Shown one piece after another: positions 1 through 12,700 of a DNA stretch of 64,000 nt. The DNA comes from Amphiscolops sp. MND2022. Taxonomy: Eukaryota. How positions within the stretch are numbered: position 1 is the first letter of the stretch; each line of letters opens with the position of its first letter. The stretch is from NCBI GenBank assembly GCA_964187785.1, contig OZ076409.1:93932001-93996000 (forward strand). Reading direction: 5' to 3'. The translations under genes were made by a program, and so were the position numbers. The notes under the pieces were generated by a model. The model was given only the letters and a program-made list of their open reading frames with translations. It did no database searches and was not told the DNA's origin.

Positions 1-709
1 GCCAAAATGTATAGAAATCCTAATAAATACTTGAAGAGATAGCATTGCGTCAGGGAAATATTTTGCATGAATGATTGACTAAGGAGCCTTTATGAGCATA
101 TAAAACTTCCCAGCAGATTCAACTAGAGTGTCCAAAAGACAAATGAGAAAGAGTGGCATCGAATAACTTGAAAAGGTTCTCACGCATTGCTCGAAAACAG
201 CAGGATATATAGCAGCAACTAGATGGGAAACTATTGCCTCTTGAAACGGTTTCCAGCTTGAAACTCAAAATCTCTGTAATACTAAAAGTGTAAGTAAATT
301 ACTGAGGGACTCATCCATCTTCTGAAACATGCAAAATTTTTCTCGTTTTCATTATTTTCAGCCCATGTTTTCAAGTGGGAAAAAACTCTAACTCAGCCGG
401 GTTTTTTTCTCCAAAAACTGCCAGGATTATACTCAGATTAAAAATTTTCCACCACAAAATTCAGCTACCACAAACTTAGTTTCATGGGACTTGTACTTTG
501 GGAAAAGTTTGAACATTCTGGAAACCAATGACCACAAAAAAATGTTTGACCTTCTGAATGAATTTTTGAACAGTTCCAAAAAAATCAGCTAAATAAAAGG
601 CTTCTGAGAAAAAAATAGTGAACTTTGTTTCTAATGAAAACAAAAAAGCTAAAATTCTTGAAAATCCTTTTTCCAACAACTCGAATTGTACCATTTGTAC
701 AATTACTCA

Positions 710-1846
710 TGTTCTATTGTGGGGAAAAAAGAGGAAAATCAGCTTGTAACAATTGTTGGCGCCAGTCATCAGCAGGCAAAGAAACTCGATTTGGAACAAG
801 CTGGTTGAGAAACAAAACCTAAACTGTAAAAAACTTAGATGAAATTTTGAAGAAATTCCAATCATCACAGAATCGAAACCCCTACCAGTCGGGATTTTCT
901 CGACAACTATAAGTCGTAAAGCCATGAAACTCGGCACACATACGCAAGTACCTAACACAAACACACCGGCTAAGTTTCAAGGTCATTCACCCATTATAAC
1001 CCCCTTTACCCCTCACATGTGTGATATTCAAGGTCATTGTGCCAATATTGTAAACATTGATATTTAACTACATGACAACTTTAGAATGTGCCTCTGTTGC
1101 AATTGATGATATTTACATTGTTTAAACAAGCTTCTAACCCACCTGACTAACATTCCATATCCACCACATAGTTTGTTTACATAGCCAATAACTTTAGTAA
1201 TTCACTTAAATGTCATTTATTTATACCACATATTTCAACTTATATTCGCTCTATATTTACTGTAGAATTGTTAACCACATTTATACCAATATTAGATAGA
1301 GATTTTCTCCACTGAATAGCTATAGTCAAGTTGGGTCTTAGGACCAAGAGACTAATTAATCAACTTCTCAATCTTCACAACTTTTCGCTAGAGTCAGAGC
1401 GACTAAGTAGCTACTCTCATAGTTGGAGAGCCGGAGCGCGTGAAGATACTCTGAGAGAAGTGTGTTACGGATCACATCGGATCCAAATCATTGCAAAGAG
1501 GAATCGCAGGAGATTCCACGGGTCACATCGGACCCATCAAGCCAAAAGATACAGTCCTTTAAAACAAGAAACCAGGAATTGTTTAGTGACGGTCCACAGC
1601 ACTAAGCAACGGATCAGGGCGGCGTAAAGCTTGTCAAGCCTCAGCGCAGGATAAAGGCAAGCAGCCGTTACAACAATTTTTTAGTACCTCCTTCTAGATT
1701 CAACTGATTTTAATAAGAACGTATGGTATAATAATATACATGTACAAGCGGTATTAAACTCAAACGCTGACAGGTACTTTACTGTATAAGTACAATGGTG
1801 ACCTCTATGGTCTGAACTTAATTGTGACATAATACATAATGTCACA
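710..1846 (-). repeat. 3' LTR of element 1, split into 710-753 and 1678-1846 by an inserted solo LTR
   Basis: tgttctattgtgggg..gcttgtaacaat and ttagtacctc..aatgtcaca align collinearly with 7395-7608. Confidence 0.9.
754..1672. mobile_element. Solo LTR (919 bp) of a different LTR family
   Basis: Begins TGTT, ends TACA, flanked by perfect 5-bp TSD ACAAT (749-753 and 1673-1677); no recognisable coding content. Confidence 0.82.
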
Positions 1847-1857
1847 TTCCCCCTCTT
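1847..1857 (-). other. Polypurine tract of element 1
   Basis: AAGAGGGGGAA on the minus strand directly abutting the 3' LTR. Confidence 0.85.
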
Positions 1858-2579
1858 GCGAAGGTGCTGTAAGCATATACAAATTAATTGTTTACACGAC
1901 ACTTCAAATAGTAATTAGCACAAGACAATTTGGTTTTTGAAACTGATCAGTTTCTCTCGACATTTTCGGTCTCCGGCTTTCTTCTGCTGCCTTCTTATTG
2001 GCTGTGGGCCTCCGCCAATCTCTGCTTTCACTCCAGTTCCTCTCTATCTAGTTGTTTGACTGGTCGTTCTGCTGGTCCCACTTGTTTACTGTGTTTCCTA
2101 CAATAATTAACGTGTTATTGGATTACCATAACGTATTATAGGATTTACGGTTTTGATCCTTGATTTTCGTGTGGTTGCTTCGTTATTGGTATTTTGATTC
2201 GTGTTCTCTATTTGTTCAATGTTTACTAAATCAGTTTTACCAGTTTTGTCGGTTACGGTTATGATGTTTGGGTCTTCTTCCGTGGTGGAAGTTGTTTTTT
2301 TTTGTTTCCTCTGACTCGTTCAGCTTCTCCAAGTACATCTGCAAGTTGGTTTTTCCTGTTGATTTTTGTGCGTTTCTAACCCTTATCAACTTTCTCTTCC
2401 CCCGCCCGTATACTGGGCTTATTTCGTCGGTCGGACTTGTAATTGATGTTTCTAGCACACTCTCCTCTACGATTGGGGTGCTCTCTCTGATTAATTGCTC
2501 CGAGTGTTTTGTTGTATTTAGTTGGATGAACGTTAATACAGTGAATCGACCGTCCGGTCCCCGCGGGTTTTCTCCTCGT

Positions 2580-5500
2580 CTGGATAGTGGGTTTTGAAAG
2601 GTAGATTTTAGCGGTTTGCTTACTTTTTTTCGGTGTATTATTTTATTTTCGTCCGCTGTAATTGTAATTCGTTCCGGCTACACCTATTTGTGGTTTAGTG
2701 TCGTAGGCACTTTCAAATTTGTTTTATTTACTTTCTTTTCTGGAAAGAGGCATGGAAATTTATTACTAACATCTTCTTTGAGCTTTCGTGGTGCTTTCAT
2801 CACTAGCTGATCGTGATGTCGTTCGCTGTTTGAATTTGAAAATGTATACACCTGCAGCGTTTCCGGCTTTGCTGAAATCCCATTGGTTTTAACATTAGAA
2901 CATTAGGTGAAAGGTTCAGGTAATTTGTTAATTCCGTTCTCGTTTTTTCCATTCCTAGTGTCGTTCGAAAGGAGTTTCTTTAATGCATGAGTGGACCGAT
3001 GTTCTCATTACATTTAATGAACGACTTGTTACTTCGTTAATTGTGCAACCGTCCCATAAAATTGCGCGCATGTAATCTTTTAGCGTTTTAATTCCTCTTT
3101 CCACCCTAACGGTTGTGCGTGTATATACGGAGTTCAGTAAATCAGTTTAATAATTATGTTTTAACAAATATCACTGAATTCTTTTCCGGTAAAGGCCGTG
3201 CTTTTATCTGTTCTAATAGTTTGTGGTATACCATTAAGGTTTATGTATTGTTCCAAAAAACTTTTTGCCGTTTTGCCTGTAGGTTTATCGCTAACGCACG
3301 CTGCAGGCCAACTGCTGTATCGATCAATTGATACTAATATGAAGAATCGTCTTTTTTTAAATCTTATTGGTCCAATGAAATCCCATTGGATTTCTTCATT
3401 TGGTTTTTTGGTTGGTGGTAAGTAATTAACCTCTGTCATTGGTAATTGGGGCTCAATGTTCTTACCTGTCATTTTGCAGGGTATACATTCGTCGCATTTT
3501 TGTTGAATTTCTTTGTTCATTCTTGGCCACCAAAATGGTTTTGCTGCGCGTGATATCTTGTTGATCGAGGGATGTCCTTTATGAAGTATGGTAATTACGT
3601 GCTTCTCAAACTTTTTCGCACTATTATTTTGTTGTCGTAGAACATTACCTTGAATCGGGTTTTTGGTGTACTGCTTGTATTCGTCCGGGATTTGTGTTGT
3701 TGTTTTTCGTTTCAGGCAGACTAAAATTTTTAGCAGTTTATCGTCGTTTGTTGTTTCCATTGCGATCATCTTCATATCTGTTGAACATTTTTGCTTGACT
3801 TCCCTTATTGTTTCTTCTAGGTTCCATTCTTTATTTTCTTGTACGTGGCTGGCTTGGCCGTTTTGAATGTATAGACTCCCGTCGCTCCCAGATTCTTTTT
3901 GAAGTTTATTGCCGGTACGTCCATCGAGTCGTTTCAATTGTTGGATGTTTTTCTTCGCTGTAGTCATCCGTTTCTTCTGTTGTCGCATCTTTATTGGTCC
4001 CTGGTTCTTCTTGTATTGTTTTGGATTGGTGTGTTTCTGATTTTCTTGATCTCTATGAACAGTTCTTCCCGTATGTTTGTTTCTCCCGGGGTTTCTTCAC
4101 TATGTTGTTCCATTGTTTTCCACTTGAGTCTGTTTACCTGTAGTGATGTAGTTCCATTTCAATTATTTTAATTTCCATTCTGTGAAATCGTGGGGGGTTA
4201 TATTTCTTCCAGACTACATTCATCATTTTATAGTCGTTCGGTTTTACCACTTCTTTCCATCTATTTGTTAAGGCGAGTGTTTCTGCTGTTGGATTTTCTT
4301 TTTCTAATTGTTCGATCTTTTTGTAATCCATTTTGATTTCGTTTTCTTTGATAGCGGTAAGATGTCAGCCTTTCTGTTGAATTGATAGCAACGGACTGCG
4401 TTCGTTCGTTCTGCAGTCGCTTGATTTTGGTATCTAATCTCCGATTCGTCAGTTTTTTGTTCACACTTCTTCGAGTGGTCCATTCGCGTCTTTTTCATCT
4501 TCGACTCGTTGATGCTGCCATGATTGTCGATGAACTAAAATAGTGGTCTTATGCAACAAATCACGTACTCTTCGTCGTAATTTTCTATTGGTTCTGGTTT
4601 TGACACCGGATTTCTACTCTCGAAATCCGTGAATCCAAGGTGTTTACCGGCAACGTGTTTTATTTTTATGTCAAATTGTGCCTGTCTGTCTAACCAACGT
4701 GTTAATCTCACGCTATACGTTTTGTTTGATCTATTTTTTTTCTTTACTAATGATTCTATCGCTTGGTGATCTGTCAGTAATTCAATTGGTCGTCTGAAAT
4801 GTTCCAGTCCCCACACTACTGCAAGAAGCACCAGTTCGTTCATTGCATTTTTCTTCTCGGTGTCCGATAAGAACCTGCTTGCATAACCAACTGGTTTCAA
4901 ATAACCGTCTTTCTGTAGTTGCCACAGTGTTGCTCCCAATCCTTTAGTACTGGCATCCGTTGTTAAGATGTTTCCATTATTCGCAATATAGTGTGCTAGG
5001 CAGGGGATATTCGTTATGTATTCTTTTAACTTGTTGAATGTGTTGGTGTGTTCTTCTGTCCAATTCCATTCGTTTTGTTTCTTCAACAAATTTCTCAAAA
5101 TATCGGTGTTTGCTGATAACTTTTCGATATATTTTGAGAGGTATTGGATTGCTCCCAATAGGATTTTAATTGTTTTTCGTTTTTTGGTGTGTTTATTTTT
5201 GTTACTGCATCCAGATTATCTTGTAATGGTCGTATTCCTTGTTAATCAATTGTTTGTCGCACCCATTCAATTTCTCGTTCAAACAGTTCGCATTTCGTTG
5301 GGTTTAGTCTGTATCCAGCGTTTTCGAGTTTTTTTCATTGTTTCTCGGTTTTCTGCTTCGTGTTTCTTTACATCTCCTCTCGTTACTATTATTATATAGT
5401 CAAACAATGCCGGATGTTTGTACTCCAGAGTTTTTTCGATCCGTTCTTGGCCAATTGTTGGGTTATCTGCCAGACCATAAAATCTTTTCAAGAAACGGTA

Positions 5501-6389
5501 GTAGCCAGTGAACTCTCCACCCGTGATGGTGAATATACAAAAACTTCTTGTCTTTTCGTCCAATTTACTTTGTCCGTAATCGTAATCGAAATCTAATTTT
5601 GTAGTCAGAATTTCACCGTTCACTCCTTCTGTTATTTTTCTTGAAAGTTTTGACATTAGATCTTCCAGATCTTTGTTCGGCATTTGTGCATTTCGTTTCA
5701 TTGCTATTTCGTTCAATTTTCATGAATCTAATGCTCTTTTGATTGGCTTGACTTTCTTTACTGTTAATACTGCAGGACTCACGAAACCGTGAGACTTCGG
5801 TCGCTCTTCGGTTATTTCGGTCGCTCTTTCCAGATATCCATTTCCTATCAATCGTTTTAGTTCTTTTGCCACTTGTTCTTGTAAGTGTAATGATATTGGT
5901 CGTCCTTTTTGTTGTAATATTTGTGCCCCTTCTTTTAGGTTCATCTTCACTGATGAATCTCTAACTTTTTTGTTATTGTAGAATAGGTCCTTGAATTCGT
6001 TTTTTTAATTGGGCTGTTTCTTTTTGATGTCATCTAATTCGACGTTGTGTTTTTTTATTTCGCTGTTAACTGTATTGAGGTGTATTCCCAGACGTTTCTT
6101 CCAATCTAATCCCATGAACGGTGATGTTGTCTCTTTTGTAATCAGTATTGTTAGCTTTATCGTCTTGTTGTTTGTTTTCACCAATGCTTCTGTTTGTCCA
6201 ATGAATTCAATTTGATGGTTATTTACGTCTCGATAAGTGGTAATTAGTGGTTCCACTTCAGTTTTTTTTGAATAGGCAATTTGGGATTAGTGTGACTGGT
6301 GATCCGCTGTCTACAATAAATTTGATTGGTCTCTCATTGACCAATAGTGTTGTAATATGGAAGACTTTCTGATCATTACCGTTTATCTT
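2580..6389 (-). pseudogene. pol: pol (protease-RT-RNase H-integrase), fragmented; left boundary approximate
   Basis: PR FIVDSGSP (~6300); RT LDFDYDYGQ..FYGL; RH TTDASTKGLGATL..TDHQAI; IN HKGH..CDECIPC, WDFIGP, IRTD. Confidence 0.9.
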
Positions 6390-7381
6390 CTAAATTTTGT
6401 AGTAATCCCAATTTTCTTCTTCTGCTGATGATGACTTTCTTTGGATGTGTTGTATTTTCTTCAGTGATCTGCACATCCGCTCGTAATGTCCCCTTCTTTT
6501 GCAGTTACGACATTCAGCGCGGACTTTGCCGGGCAGTTGTGCATTCTTGACCAGTTTGGTGCGCCGCATTGTCCGCATCAGTTATCTTTGTATTTTGGTT
6601 TCTGACTGTCCGGTTTTTTCCAGGGTCTTTCGTAACTGGGTTTATCGGACCATTTTCGTCTGTATTGTCGTTCTTCAATGTGTTGTATATCTTTGCCATC
6701 GTTCGAATTGTTTGACTCGTTTAGTCTGTCGTACATATACTCGTGTATCAAGTCCGTAATTGTCTCAATGGTCATGTCGCTCTTTCGTATTTTCTTCTTC
6801 AATTTATAATCGCCCGTTGATCTTCCGTTCGGGGATAAAAATTTTGAGGTGATTAATTCTGCGAGGGTTACGTTTTTGAATTCGCAATTCTTTTTTACCT
6901 GTAGAATTCGTGTCAAGATGTCTTCGGCTGTTTCATTTTTCCCTCATGAAATTCCAAAGAATTGGTTCGACTGTGCAACTTGTTGCGTTCTGTATTGAAA
7001 TGTAGTCTGAATAGTGAATATAATTGTTTTATATCCATTCTATTTGGCTCGTTGTCTGGAACAGTCCGTGTCATCTCGGTGGTGGCTGATTCACCCAGTG
7101 CCCATATAAATAGGTTTTTAATCCGTTCTTCGTGTTCTGCTCGGTATTGTTACAGTTTTTCTCTGTCGGTGGTCATTATGTTCAGATCAATATTTTGTGT
7201 CATCTTTATGTACTGTGAGAATTTGCGCCACCACAGTTTGGCTTCTTGAATTCCCCTTTTCAAAGGTGAGTAGGGTAATCTTTTGATGTTTTTTCTCATT
7301 TTTTGTGGCTCCTCGTTCCGAGGCTTCTCCGTTTGAAGAGTTTGTGCTCACCAAGTTTTTGCTATTTTCCATTTTGTTCAA
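6390..7381 (-). pseudogene. gag: gag, fragmented
   Basis: Zinc knuckle CRNCKRRGHYERMC (C-x2-C-x4-H-x4-C) just upstream of the protease; starts right after the PBS. Confidence 0.8.
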
Positions 7382-7384
7382 TGT

Positions 7385-7394
7385 GACTGCGCCA
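7385..7394 (-). other. Primer binding site (tRNA-Ser-like)
   Basis: TGGCGCAGTC directly after the 5' LTR CA; complementary to the ..GACTGCGCCA 3' end typical of metazoan tRNA-Ser. Confidence 0.65.
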
Positions 7395-7608
7395 TGTTCT
7401 TTTGTGGGAAAGTAAAGGAAAATCAGCTTGTAACAATGTATTAGTATCTCGTTCTAGAATCAACTGACTTTAATAAGAACGTATGCTATAATAATGATAT
7501 ACATGTACAAGCGGTAATAAACTCAAATGCTGACAATACTTTACAGTCTAAGTACAATGGTGACCTTTATGGTCTGAATTTGATTGTGACGTAATACATA
7601 ATATCACA
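7395..7608 (-). repeat. 5' LTR of element 1 (214 bp)
   Basis: TG..CA ends; matches the split LTR at 710-1846. Confidence 0.9.
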
Positions 7609-8164
7609 ATTCAAAAAATTTAATTAAGGAAAAAAGTTTGAAATTTGAAATTGAAAAACTAGCTAACAAAACGTTTTCCAAAAAAAATGTTTTTTTGTGC
7701 AGAAAGAACCACAAATTAGTATTTTAAAAAAAAACAAGTTTCTATAAGTGTTTAACAATTTGTAAACTTTCATTTTGAAGACAAAATCTTCGTAGTTTTC
7801 AAAAGGCAACAAACTCAATGATAAGTGTTGCTTCAATCAAAAAGTGTGCCCGATAATGCCTTCAAAAACATAAATTACATTTTAGTATATGGAAAATACT
7901 GGAAACCTCAATACTGGAAAACAACCAAAATATCTTGGAATCAAATGGTTTGTATAAACTTTGACAAACGGTTTTGACAAAAATGCGTTCAACAAAGTTT
8001 TCGAACTCTTTCCAAAGTTTTTGCTAAAAAGCCAAATCGCAAAGTTAAAATGGCTAACTTTTTTGGAAGTGTTAAAACTAAAATCCTCAATTCACCACAA
8101 CGAGATAGGAATAGGTATTTTCGAATACATTTAGATCGGATATCTGATAAGAGGCTGAACAATG

Positions 8165-9305
8165 TTTTTAGTCGGCGGTTTTTGTGAAGCAAAAATTGTC
8201 TGCCTCTTACAGTGATCCTTTTTTTAATTTTTTCTCCGACCTCACACTGAAAGGTAAACTTTTTTGTTTATTGTTTATTTGTGCAACTTGAACTATGCAT
8301 GTCGAAAACACTGGATACGTCAGAACCTCGTCCTAAACAAAACAGACGTCCAGAACCTCGAAAACATACTAAGGATCCCCGATTTGGCTATTTTGGTGTT
8401 GTTAACTTTTTTCGGCACTATGAGTCATTTTCCGAAAAAATTTTGATTGCACCAAAGGGTCGCCTTCAAGTTTTTGACTTTTCGGAACAGAATGGATGTT
8501 ATAAAACCCCAAGGGTGCCCTTTTACAATTTACGGCATTGTGAGATTTTTCAAAATGATGATTTTTTGTATCAAAATTTAGTTTTCTCATTGACCCAGCA
8601 CGCTATATCCGAATTTGGTTTTTTAAGACCGTCGTTTTTTTGGCACTAGGAGACTTTTTTCCAATTTGTTTTTATCGAAGCGCCCTCAACTTTCAATAGA
8701 AACGAAACGTTTTGCGAGCATAAAGGACTGTTCAAGGTTTTCGGTACTATGCGACATTTTCCGAAAAATGTTTTTCTTCCAGTTGGGGAAAAATGGTTTC
8801 CGAGTCATATCGAGCTTGGAAGGCACCCTTTGGGTGTCTCAAAACTCATTACGATACATGTCCCGCAAAAGTGGAAAGTGATCACTTGGTGTAAATAGTA
8901 TTTTGGGTAAAATAGTCAATTACTGTAAATTGGTCAAAGACTGTAGTAATCCACTCGTGTAGTGGTGCAGCACAGTGTAATATGAACGCGGTGAATTCCA
9001 GTCAAATTGCGTAGTTAGTAAATAGTGTAAAACAGTCAAAATTTACAAGCTAATTTAGTAAGGTGTAATTCAGTCAAAGTTTGATTAAATTCCACTTTTA
9101 ATGAGGTATTCATTTACTAAACTACCGAAAAGTGTAAAGTAGTCAAAGTTTGACTAGTTTACGGCAATCTAATAATTGCTTCTAACACATAAATTTACAT
9201 TGGCTGTTTTCCGAGCTTTCCATAAAAACGACCATGGCATATTTTAAAATCTTTGCGCTTTTTGAGTCTCATATAGAGCGCCACCTTTAGACGTTCCCGC
9301 CTTGT
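8165..9305 (-). mobile_element. Non-autonomous Helentron/DINE-like repeat, family A
   Basis: Reverse complement of the family head (AACAAG.CGGGAACGTCTAAAG..GGCGCT.TAT..GA.CTCAA) at 9261-9305 and tail CGCCGACTAAAA at 8165-8177. Confidence 0.65.
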
Positions 9306-9399
9306 TTTTTCTTTAGGAAAGTCGCGAATGCGACAAAACTTTTGTTCAGTATTTTTCAACCCAACGAATACCTGGGAAACACACGTAAGTTATTGCAAA

Positions 9400-9732
9400 G
9401 GGTCCCGCTTTCAGTTTTTACCTTTTACACGCAACATACAAAACCGGACTGAAGAACCCATTTCAATTTTTTCGGCACTGTGCGACTTGTTTTGATATTT
9501 TTTGTCTCTGAAGAGTCCCTCCTTCGATTTTTTTGAAGTCCCTTCCGTAATATCTAGAGTAAAGCGCTCTAACCGAACTTCTGACGATATATCCGAACTA
9601 TATTGCGTTTTAGTAATGGGGAGGCGGAAGTTCGAAAACAGGATTTTTTCATTAAAACGACCTATGCATACTTTGATAACTGCGCTTTTTGAGCCTTAGA
9701 GATAGCGCTGACTTAACACGTTCCCGTCTTGT
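9400..9732 (-). mobile_element. Family A repeat, partial copy; left boundary approximate
   Basis: ttgagccttagagatagcgctgacttaacacgttcccgtcttgtt is the reverse complement of the family head. Confidence 0.55.
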
Positions 9733-12700
9733 TCGATAATAAATGCTTCGTTTTCAAAAAATTTTCATTGACTAAATTTTCTCAACTTTCCGGCCTATAA
9801 TTTTTCTGGTAGATGATTCTTGAATTTCGTCCAATTCGGTCACCCACAGCGAGAAAGGTTTCCTGCATATGTCTATCAGAGTCAACTTGGCAACCAACTC
9901 CCGTGAACCCTAGTCGAGACTGCTGGATTGTATACTTGCTGTAGTCCAGCATGCAGGGTAATTGTTTTCTAAATTTTAGTAAACTAACTCTGCCTTCGGT
10001 GGTAAACTTTGCAAAATTACACGTCAATTTGCAATATTGAAATTAAAATCACAAATAATTCTCCACTTCGTTACCGACTGTCAGAGTCCGAGCCCAGGTG
10101 CGCGAGGATAGGAATTGGGAGAGGCCACGGATGCAGCTCAAGGCTCTCAAAGTGGGTTTTCAACTTTTGAACAAACTTTCCGAACAAATAAAATAAACTG
10201 TGACTTGATAGTAAGGCAGGTGCTAACCTCCAAACTAATCTGAAAATGGAAATGAATGCCAAAATTGAACGGACTTAAAACGGAAACGAACACCAAAACT
10301 GAAGAGATTGAATGGCTTTTCACACATTTCCGCCAAGACGCTTAAGCCACGTCAAGTTACAGACATTCTCAACCTGAAACTGGGATTAAAACTAATTTTT
10401 AACTAAAACCGTAAGCTAATCTTAATAATGATTAAGGACACATTGATCTCTATGTAAGAACATACACTGATCTAAAACAGAAAATACATTTGAGACGCAC
10501 ATTAATGGAATTACGCTTTTTTGAGAAAAGGCAGCTTAATTGCTCTTTGAAAAGCAATTAATGCGAAATAAGACGAATGCATGTCGTTTATGAACAAATA
10601 TGGCCTCGACAGCTAAGATCGATAAAGCTGTGACGTCAGCACTACCTCATCATTAAAGCAGTAAGCTGATTTCCATTCCAAATACTAGTCAGCATCACGT
10701 CAAACTCGACAGCTAGCCAAATCTGCCAATAAAACTTGTCAACACTACGTTACAATTTTTTGAGAATGAGCGCTTGAGTAGTATTAACTTTGAAAAGATG
10801 ACCATTTTGGCAAAGAAACTTTAGAGTAAATGAGCTTAAAACCGTGATGTGATCACTTTGAAAGCTAAGAGATATCTGATTCTACGTCTGGGATGCGTCG
10901 TTGAAGAATAAAAACATTCGAATGGGAAATAAAACCACCTAAAGCGCGCATTACGATGCAAGGGATTTTTTAGTGAATTCTTTTTTGAAAGTCACAGTTT
11001 TGTAGTTGCAATTAAAGTGAAACAAATGTATTTCAAATTGCAAGAGTTTTTTCATATGTTTACTTTTTTTACACTCATTTTCAGAACTGACTTTATATTG
11101 TTGCTTGTTCAAAGTGGCGTCGTCACGTCGTCGTTCAATCCAAAGCCAATTGACAAGTATTTTTTAGTAATCTTTTCATGTTTGTTGCCAAATGAATATT
11201 GTTTGTTGCTACCAATCTAAAAGTGTATTTTGCCACCAATCTGGTTATGTGAAGTATGATTGTATCGTTATTCGCTAAGGGTGTTACTATTCCTACATTA
11301 TTAACTAGTTTTGTAAAATGTTGACGATGCATTACCAAATGACGATGCAATACCATTATACTCAAGTGAGAGATTCAATTGTGTGAAACAATTAGATCGT
11401 CGTGTCTCGTCAAACATTTGTTTTCTCCTAGCATCATTCAAACAATGTTTGCGGATTAGTCAGCAATTCCATGAAGTTGAAAATCCAAATCAGGTGTTAG
11501 TTTTTCACGTCAGCGTCATCACTGCTTCAAATTTCCCGCGAACCAAAACAGTGAAACAAGGAAGCATTTCCGGTTTGACAGGTCGAAGCAGAATCTACTT
11601 CCTGCTTGCGAGGAAATAAAAAGGATGCCGGAATGAAATGATATGGCAATGTATGATGACTTATATCGAAAGAAAGATTTTGTGACGAAATGACCACGGG
11701 AACTTGAGGACTTTAGCGAAATTTCCCCTGATATCACAGGAAATGACTAATTGTTCGAAAGAAAGTTGGGTGATCTATCGTGATCAAATGAGGCTAGGAG
11801 GGTATATATACTCAAGATTTGTAAATGCGTTTCAATTCATAATTCCTTTCCAACTGAACCCTCAAACGATAAAAACGTCAACACTTTGAAACTTCCAATA
11901 ATTTTGACAAAACCAAGGTCTTTTCTAAAAATGTCTACAAAAAGTCACAAGAGTAGAAACAAACAGCAAGAGAGCTTCGACAACGTAAGTGAAAGCCTTA
12001 GTTTCACCAGTTTTGGTCCAACATGAAGAGTTAGACAATCAGGATATAGCAGTTTTGGGTCATCCTTGCGCTAAGTCCCCTAGGATTGAAAACATCACTC
12101 TAGAAGGCCTGAGAACATCTTTGAAGAGATAACTTCGGAAATGAAAGAATTTTTTATTGTATTCCCAGAGAGACATGTTGAAACTGCTCATGCCTAAAAC
12201 AGGAGGAAACGTAAGAAACGAATGTGATGACACTATTGAGAGGATTTTGGAACTTCCTACACGCCGACTAGATCGGTAAACATAAACTCTACTTTAAACA
12301 ACGACCCATGTACAAGTCGTAACACCGACACATCACGATCACGTTGTTGTCTTGATTTCTTTGATTTCTCAACTACTCTTTTCGTGTAATCGCCGCCTCG
12401 CAAATATCACGCTGGAGATGACTATAGTTTGCAGTTTATTTAGTGACTGAAGTCAATTCGCATTATTCTTAGTTGCAATTAAAAATAGAACTGCAGAATA
12501 ATTAAACCTGCAGAACTTCAAATGAAAAAAAACCGCAAGAGTAATGACAGATATTTAAAAAGTTGTTGCAACTTTAAAAAACATGCGAAAAGTTCACGGC
12601 ATTTGCAACAAGGAATGTCATTATGGAGTTATAGAAACTTTTACAGATTTTTCGGTAAAGCTCAGAAAACAGTTTTTAAAAACTAGTTATTGAATTTGGA

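Larger units (their letters stand above)
710..7608 (-). mobile_element. Decayed Ty3/Gypsy LTR retrotransposon (element 1)
   Basis: Paired TG..CA LTRs (710-1846 interrupted; 7395-7608), near-perfect 5-bp TSD actca/attca, PBS and PPT, and gag-PR-RT-RH-IN fragments in Gypsy order with many stops and frameshifts. Confidence 0.93.

Noticed and set aside
10069..10754. Possible old solo LTR (cgttac..gttaca)
   Set aside because: Terminus mutated, TSD imperfect, and no second copy in the window
11100..12324. Possible solo LTR with a gag-like start; similar case at ~25514-26200
   Set aside because: Only one convincing terminus each and no TSD found
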